From assembly GCA_965113315.1 (NCBI GenBank), contig OZ220376.1: a stretch of 64,000 bases of DNA; one strand, given 5' to 3'. Source of the stretch: Podarcis vaucheri. Taxonomy: Eukaryota. The notes under the pieces are model-generated. The model was not told the DNA's origin. It was given only the letters and a program-made list of their open reading frames with translations, and did no database searches. Positions 58,990-64,000 of this stretch are shown piece by piece (position 1 is the first letter of the stretch; each line of letters begins with the position of its first letter). The translations under genes were made by a program, and so were the position numbers.

Positions 58990-60340
58990 AAGGAGCGGTC
59001 TCTGCCCGCAAGCGGCTTACAATCATCCTAATAGGCAGCAGGGAATGCTATGGGCGGGGGAGGGGAAGGATTTGAACTCGACCCAACCTGGGAGCGGGGA
59101 GGAAGCCAAAATCGGGGGGCGGCGCTCCTGCTGCTGTCTTCAATGCAGCCCTGGGGGGTTGCCGCTGCTCCGAGCGGTGGTCAGAAGGGAATCCCGCTCC
59201 CCCCCTGCCAAGAATCAGACCCGCACCTCTCCCTCTTCCACTTCCCCTGACAGAGATTAACGCGCGCCTTGTCCGTTTCCTCCACTGATTTGGCCAGGAA
59301 CCGACAACGGGGGGCGCAGGGGGGGGGGTCTCTCTTGCTGTTTGAAAGGGACCTTATTTTGCAGCATCTTCGGCTGACCGGGGTGAGGGTCGTGCTTACC
59401 TGGCATAGGGATAGGAGGCGATTCTGTCCTGGGGGGCTGGGTGACATTTCGGGGTCCCGCCCCCTCCCCAACCTCCGAGCAGCCCGCCACACCCCCGCCT
59501 CTGCATTGTGTGGACCCCTCCCCGTATTCAACCCCCCCCATCGCCTCCCTTTCTTGATGTCACCAGTTGGTCTGGAAGCACCGCCCCGAACCCTCCCCCC
59601 ACCCCGACGGCGCCCCGCGATTCCGGCACAGACAGGGAGGGACGCACCACAAAGAAAGGCGACGGCGGGCCACGGCAGGAGAGGCTGGGGCCGGGGAGAA
59701 GGGGTCGCGTCTGTGCAGGAGGTGAGAGAGAGAGAGGCGGGCGGGCGGGCCGGGGGTGTCTCTGCCTACAAAGGCTGGCTCTGTGACGGGACTCAGCCCC
59801 GAGACCTGTTAGCAGGCAAGACAGACAGTGCCTCTGCCCATGTGCCGAGAGTCTTTTTCCCCGGCAGAGGCAGGACAGGCGGAGGGAAGCCCCTTTTCCC
59901 TGGCACAATAGCGCGCCAGGAATTTTGCCCCCCCCCCAAGAGAAAGCCCCTGCAGTTATCATCGAAATTTAGCGTGGGAGCGGCAAAGGCATTTTATATA
60001 GCTAAAGGGCTTCCGAGATTTGGGGTGTGTGTATGGCCGTCTGAATGGCTCTTTTCAACATTGGAGGGTCGCAGGTGATGGCCCCTCTGGCGCCCCCCCC
60101 CCCCAAGTTTAGCCTTAGGCTGGTGATGTGACAACCAACAGAGCTTGTAACGGAGCTGGGACTGACCCCTCCTGAACTCTGGGGTTCAGTCGTGGACCTT
60201 GGCAAGCGAAACAACCTGATGCCCACGTGCCCCACCCATCTCAGCAAGGCGCTGGACCAGACCCCCGGTCACCCCACAGCCAGCCCTCAAGGGCCACCCT
60301 GAGGCAAGGAGAGGAAGGCATCACAAGCGGGGTTCGAATG
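58990..60340. promoter_or_regulatory. Orphan CpG island, possibly the promoter of the next gene (SEMA4B by human synteny; no coding exon seen)
   Basis: CpG/GC-rich with GC boxes; donor-like sites on both strands (59400 minus, 59721 plus). Confidence 0.5.
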
Positions 60341-60834
60341 CCCCCCCACCATATCGCCTGCATTTGCAAAACCCTTCATCTGCTGTTCCCCCACACCAGG
60401 CTGTGCTGCCAATCTGGGCACCCATTAACAAATGTTTGTATCTGTCTTGGATAGAGCATGCTTGCCAACTCAGATTTTGCCACAGAAGCTGTGAACAAAA
60501 GTGCATTTCGGAAGGACTGTCTGCCACAGGGGGGTGGCGGAGAGAGAAAGAGAAAGGGAGGGAGGGAAAGAAAGAGAGAGACTGTCCCCCCAGAACCCTA
60601 GGAGAGCACCTGCTTTATAGGAACATAGTTTTTTTTATTGCTTTTATATTCAATCTTGTTCTCCAGTGAGTTCAAGGTATGGTTCACTCCTCCTCAATTA
60701 ATTCTCTCAAACCTGAGGCTCCATCTGTTGTTGTACTACAACTCCCACCATTCCTAGCTAGAGCACCTGTGGTCAGGGATGATGGAAGTTGTAGTCCAAC
60801 AACAGATGGGGACCCAAGTTTGAGAAACACTGGA

Positions 60835-60965
60835 TTAGTGTGTCAGACTAGGACCTGGGAAACCGGGGTTCAAATCCCCATGAAGCTCATTGGGCCAGGA
60901 TCCACATGCACACCACCTTGCGCTCCTTGGAGGAAAAGCTGGGATAGAAATGCAATAAACAAATA
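60835..60965 (+). mobile_element. Degenerate CORE/MIR-related (Squam3-like) SINE
   Basis: TGTCAGACTAGGACCTGGGAAACCGGGGTTCAAATCCCC head; GCTCCTTGGAGGAAAAGCTGGGATAGAAATGCAATAAA L2-like tail. Confidence 0.6.
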
Positions 60966-62791
60966 CCAACCATCCCCAAAACCTCTTTCCTGCTGCACAA
61001 GCTGCCCATGTTGCAGAGAACTTTGCAATTCCTGTCAGTGGACCATGACATCTTGAGAGCTTCAGGCTGGGGAAGGCTGAGATAGACTACATCTTTCAAC
61101 TATTCCAACTTGGTTGGGAATTTTCATATTTAAAACCTTATTTCCTTCTCCCCCTTTCCTAGGTCCATTCTGAAAGCCTCAGCTGACCTCAGCATTGCTG
61201 GCCTCCTGGCCAGGTGAAACTAGTTCCTTGCATCTTTGCACTCATGCCAGCTGCTCAGAGCTGAAGGAGGTGAGTGTGAGGACCCTCAGCTTGTCTTCCT
61301 TTATGAGATGAAGCCTTGACAAATGGGCAAAGAAGTCGAAGCAGCTGCCAGCCAAGAGGGTATTTGGCATCTTCTGGAAAAGGCTGGGCAATCAATGAGA
61401 GAACCTGCCTGCAAAAAAGGTTTTCCCCCCCTCCAATGAATTTGGGGCCTTCCTTGGCCAAGTGCCATTCTGTGAACCCCAGCCTACAATAGTGGGACCC
61501 ACCAGGGTTATTGGGGAGGGCTTCCCCTGGTGTCATGTGGTGGGAGGCAGCACACGGCCACATATCTTTCTTTCTGACAATATCCCGAGCTATTTAAGGA
61601 TAGTGTGTGTGTTGGGAGGGGGGAAGGGAGAAGGGATTGGGAGTCACCATGTTTTTAGGGTGGCAGACATTTCCTTCCTTCTTTCCAACCTCCCTACCAA
61701 AATGTTTGAGAACAACTCAACTTCCACCAGGGCATCAATGGAAATAAAGGAAGTAGCCTGAAACAGCCAGGTCAGAGTATTTTCCCCTTGGCTTTATTGG
61801 AAAGCTAGAAGCAGGGAGGAGTGTCTGTGGTGGTGATGATTTATTAATTTATATACTGCGTAGATGCCAAAATGGTTTCTAAGCAGTTTACAAAACCAAT
61901 ATGCAGAGTACACAGCGGCATCAAAACACCCTTAATTTGAATTTACAATGAAACAAACAATTTAGAAAGCATGACATTTCAATCAAGTTTGAAAAAAGCA
62001 GTGAAAACAATAAAACCACAAGTTCAAGGAAAGGCTTACCAAACAGGTGCGTAACCAGGTGGTGGCAGAATGCCAACAGCAATGGGGTGTCTCAAATTTC
62101 ATCAGGGAAGGCATTCCACAACACTGGTGCCACCAGCAAAAAAATTAAATAAAACCCAACCTCTCTGTTACCACAAGCCGATAATCATGAGATTGTGGGC
62201 CCTGCTGTGGTGCTGATGGCCTGGCATTTGCCCATGGGAGCTGCCTTACAGAATTGCTGTTTTGTTTTATGTGGCTGAATCTCTCCCTCCACCTGCCTTT
62301 GTTTCTGCCACCCTTGGTGCCCTCCAGGAAGCAGCAGCAGCCATGACTGTACAGCCCTCTGTGGGAATGCTGTGACCTTAGGGGGGCAGATTCCAACAAC
62401 AGTTGCAGTTGCAAAGAGGAACAGCCTCCCTGGAAGCCTGCTTGCACTGTTTGGAGTTATCAGTGGCCCTTGCTGGGTCTCTCTGCCCTGGGAGGAGGGC
62501 ACAGGGCAACTTGATTGAGTCAGCGTGGCTTAGGACATGGCTCCTCTGAGCTGCTCCCCACATGCATGCTGACAGTACTGGGCAAGGAAGAGGCAACCCA
62601 AGAAGGCACGCACTCATGTGTGTCCTAGCCAGCCTGGTTGGCAGTGACTGGGGAGAGTTCTTTCGCCCAGGGAGGAGAGGGGGCATCTGAAGGTCTACAT
62701 TGGGTCATCCGGCTGGACCAGTGGCTGGTTCTTGCTTCAGCATTGGCAGTGGGACAGCACCCACACTGCAGTGAGTCACACCCACCCCATA

Positions 62792-62909
62792 CACATTGAA
62801 AGTGCGAGGTTTCCCCCAAAGAATCCTGTAGTTTATCCTCAGAGAGCTACAATTCTCAGCACCCTTAAACTGTAGGATTCTTTCGGGAAAGTCATGCACT
62901 TTAAATGTG
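62792..62909. repeat. Palindromic hairpin MITE
   Basis: CACATTGAAAGTGC...AAAGAATCCTGTAGTTT / AAACTGTAGGATTCTTT...GCACTTTAAATGTG inverted arms. Confidence 0.65.
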
Positions 62910-64000
62910 GGAGAGTCCCTGAGGGCAGGCAGTGGTGGAGGCGGTGCTGCAGGTCATATGGCACATGGTGGTCTGTCTCCCAATACTTTGCAGGGGCTCA
63001 GTCTCCTCCACCCCCAACACAGCACCTGGATCCTATATGGGCGACAGGACATGGGCTTGCCCTTCCCTTGTCTGAAGGCTGAAAGGGCCAGTGCTGAGCT
63101 CCTACCCAGCCTCTACAGGCTGGTCTCCCAGCTGCCTGCCCCTGCCTGCAACCAGATCTGGGCCCTGCCCTGAGCTAGGAGATCAAATGACACCATTGAT
63201 TGTGTGCTTGATCAGCTGGCTTCCAAAAAGATCCCTTCCTCCCAAATCCCAGGGCACGACAATAGACCAGGGCCAAGCAAAGCTGGCTGGCTGCATTTTT
63301 CTCAGGCCCAGAGGTCTCCTGTGGGTGGGCAGCCAGCCAGCTAGCTAGCCACCTGGGCAGCCACCTGGAATCTCAGCCTCCAGGCTTCCCTTCCTAATGT
63401 CCGGAAGTGGAGGAGAGTCCAAGAGAAGGCTCAGCAGGGGACTAACTGCCTTTTCGATAGGGAAGAAGTGCATGCGCACTTTGACATTTGCCCTCCTGGC
63501 CACGTTGTTCCCCACAGGAGGCTCCCCAAGGTGCTAGTCCACAACAAGCAAGGAGCCCCAGCACGGGGGTGTGGCTGTGAGGTCTGTAGATGGAAGAAAG
63601 GAACCCAAATCCACAAGGGCACCTCCTTACTCCAGGCATGGGCTGCCAGTCCCCCCCCCCCCCCATTTATCCATTGCCTCTGCCCAGTTGAATTGACGCA
63701 TTTGTTTCAGTGGTGGTGTTGTGTAACGATAACGGTATTAGAAACCCACCTGCCACTGGAGATACCTGAGCACCTCTGCAGGCAAATTGCAGGATTGCAA
63801 AGGGAAGGGCAGAAGCGCTGGGAGAGCCCCCTCCTCTCTCCCAGCCACTGGCTGCCCTTGGAGAGCTTTGCTCCCTCCTTCCATCTCTCGGCCCAGGAAA
63901 GGGGAGGCCTGGGGTGAAATTGGCCTCTCTCCCAAGTTGCTTTTGTCCTGGCTGCCAGGGCTTTGCCTCCCTCCTTTTGCAATGGGTGCTGCTGCTGCCT

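Noticed and set aside
59269-60078. 269-aa ORF in the orphan island
   Set aside because: GC-island artefact; no signal peptide or semaphorin similarity recognised.

Overview
Squamate (probably lacertid lizard) nuclear genomic DNA, judged by its Sauria SINE, CR1/L2 LINEs and squamate-type MITEs. It is syntenic with human 15q26.1. Three complete multi-exon genes can be built with canonical GT-AG junctions: ARPIN (minus, 6 coding exons, 226 aa), ZNF710 (plus, 4 coding exons, about 653 aa, with a 132-N gap in exon 2) and IDH2 (minus, 11 exons, 451 aa). There are CpG-rich promoter islands at about 19.2-20.1, 22.8-24.0 and 50.2-51.7 kb, plus two orphan islands at 2.6-3.4 and 59.0-60.3 kb. The standout signal is an 878-bp non-autonomous hAT (Charlie-like) transposon at 57883-58760. 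It has TIRs and an 8-bp TSD, and it carries a genomic copy of the first coding exon of CRPPA/ISPD with its upstream sequence and intron-1 donor, i.e. a Pack-TIR-type host-gene capture. Protein comparisons to orthologues are from recalled sequences, not database searches.
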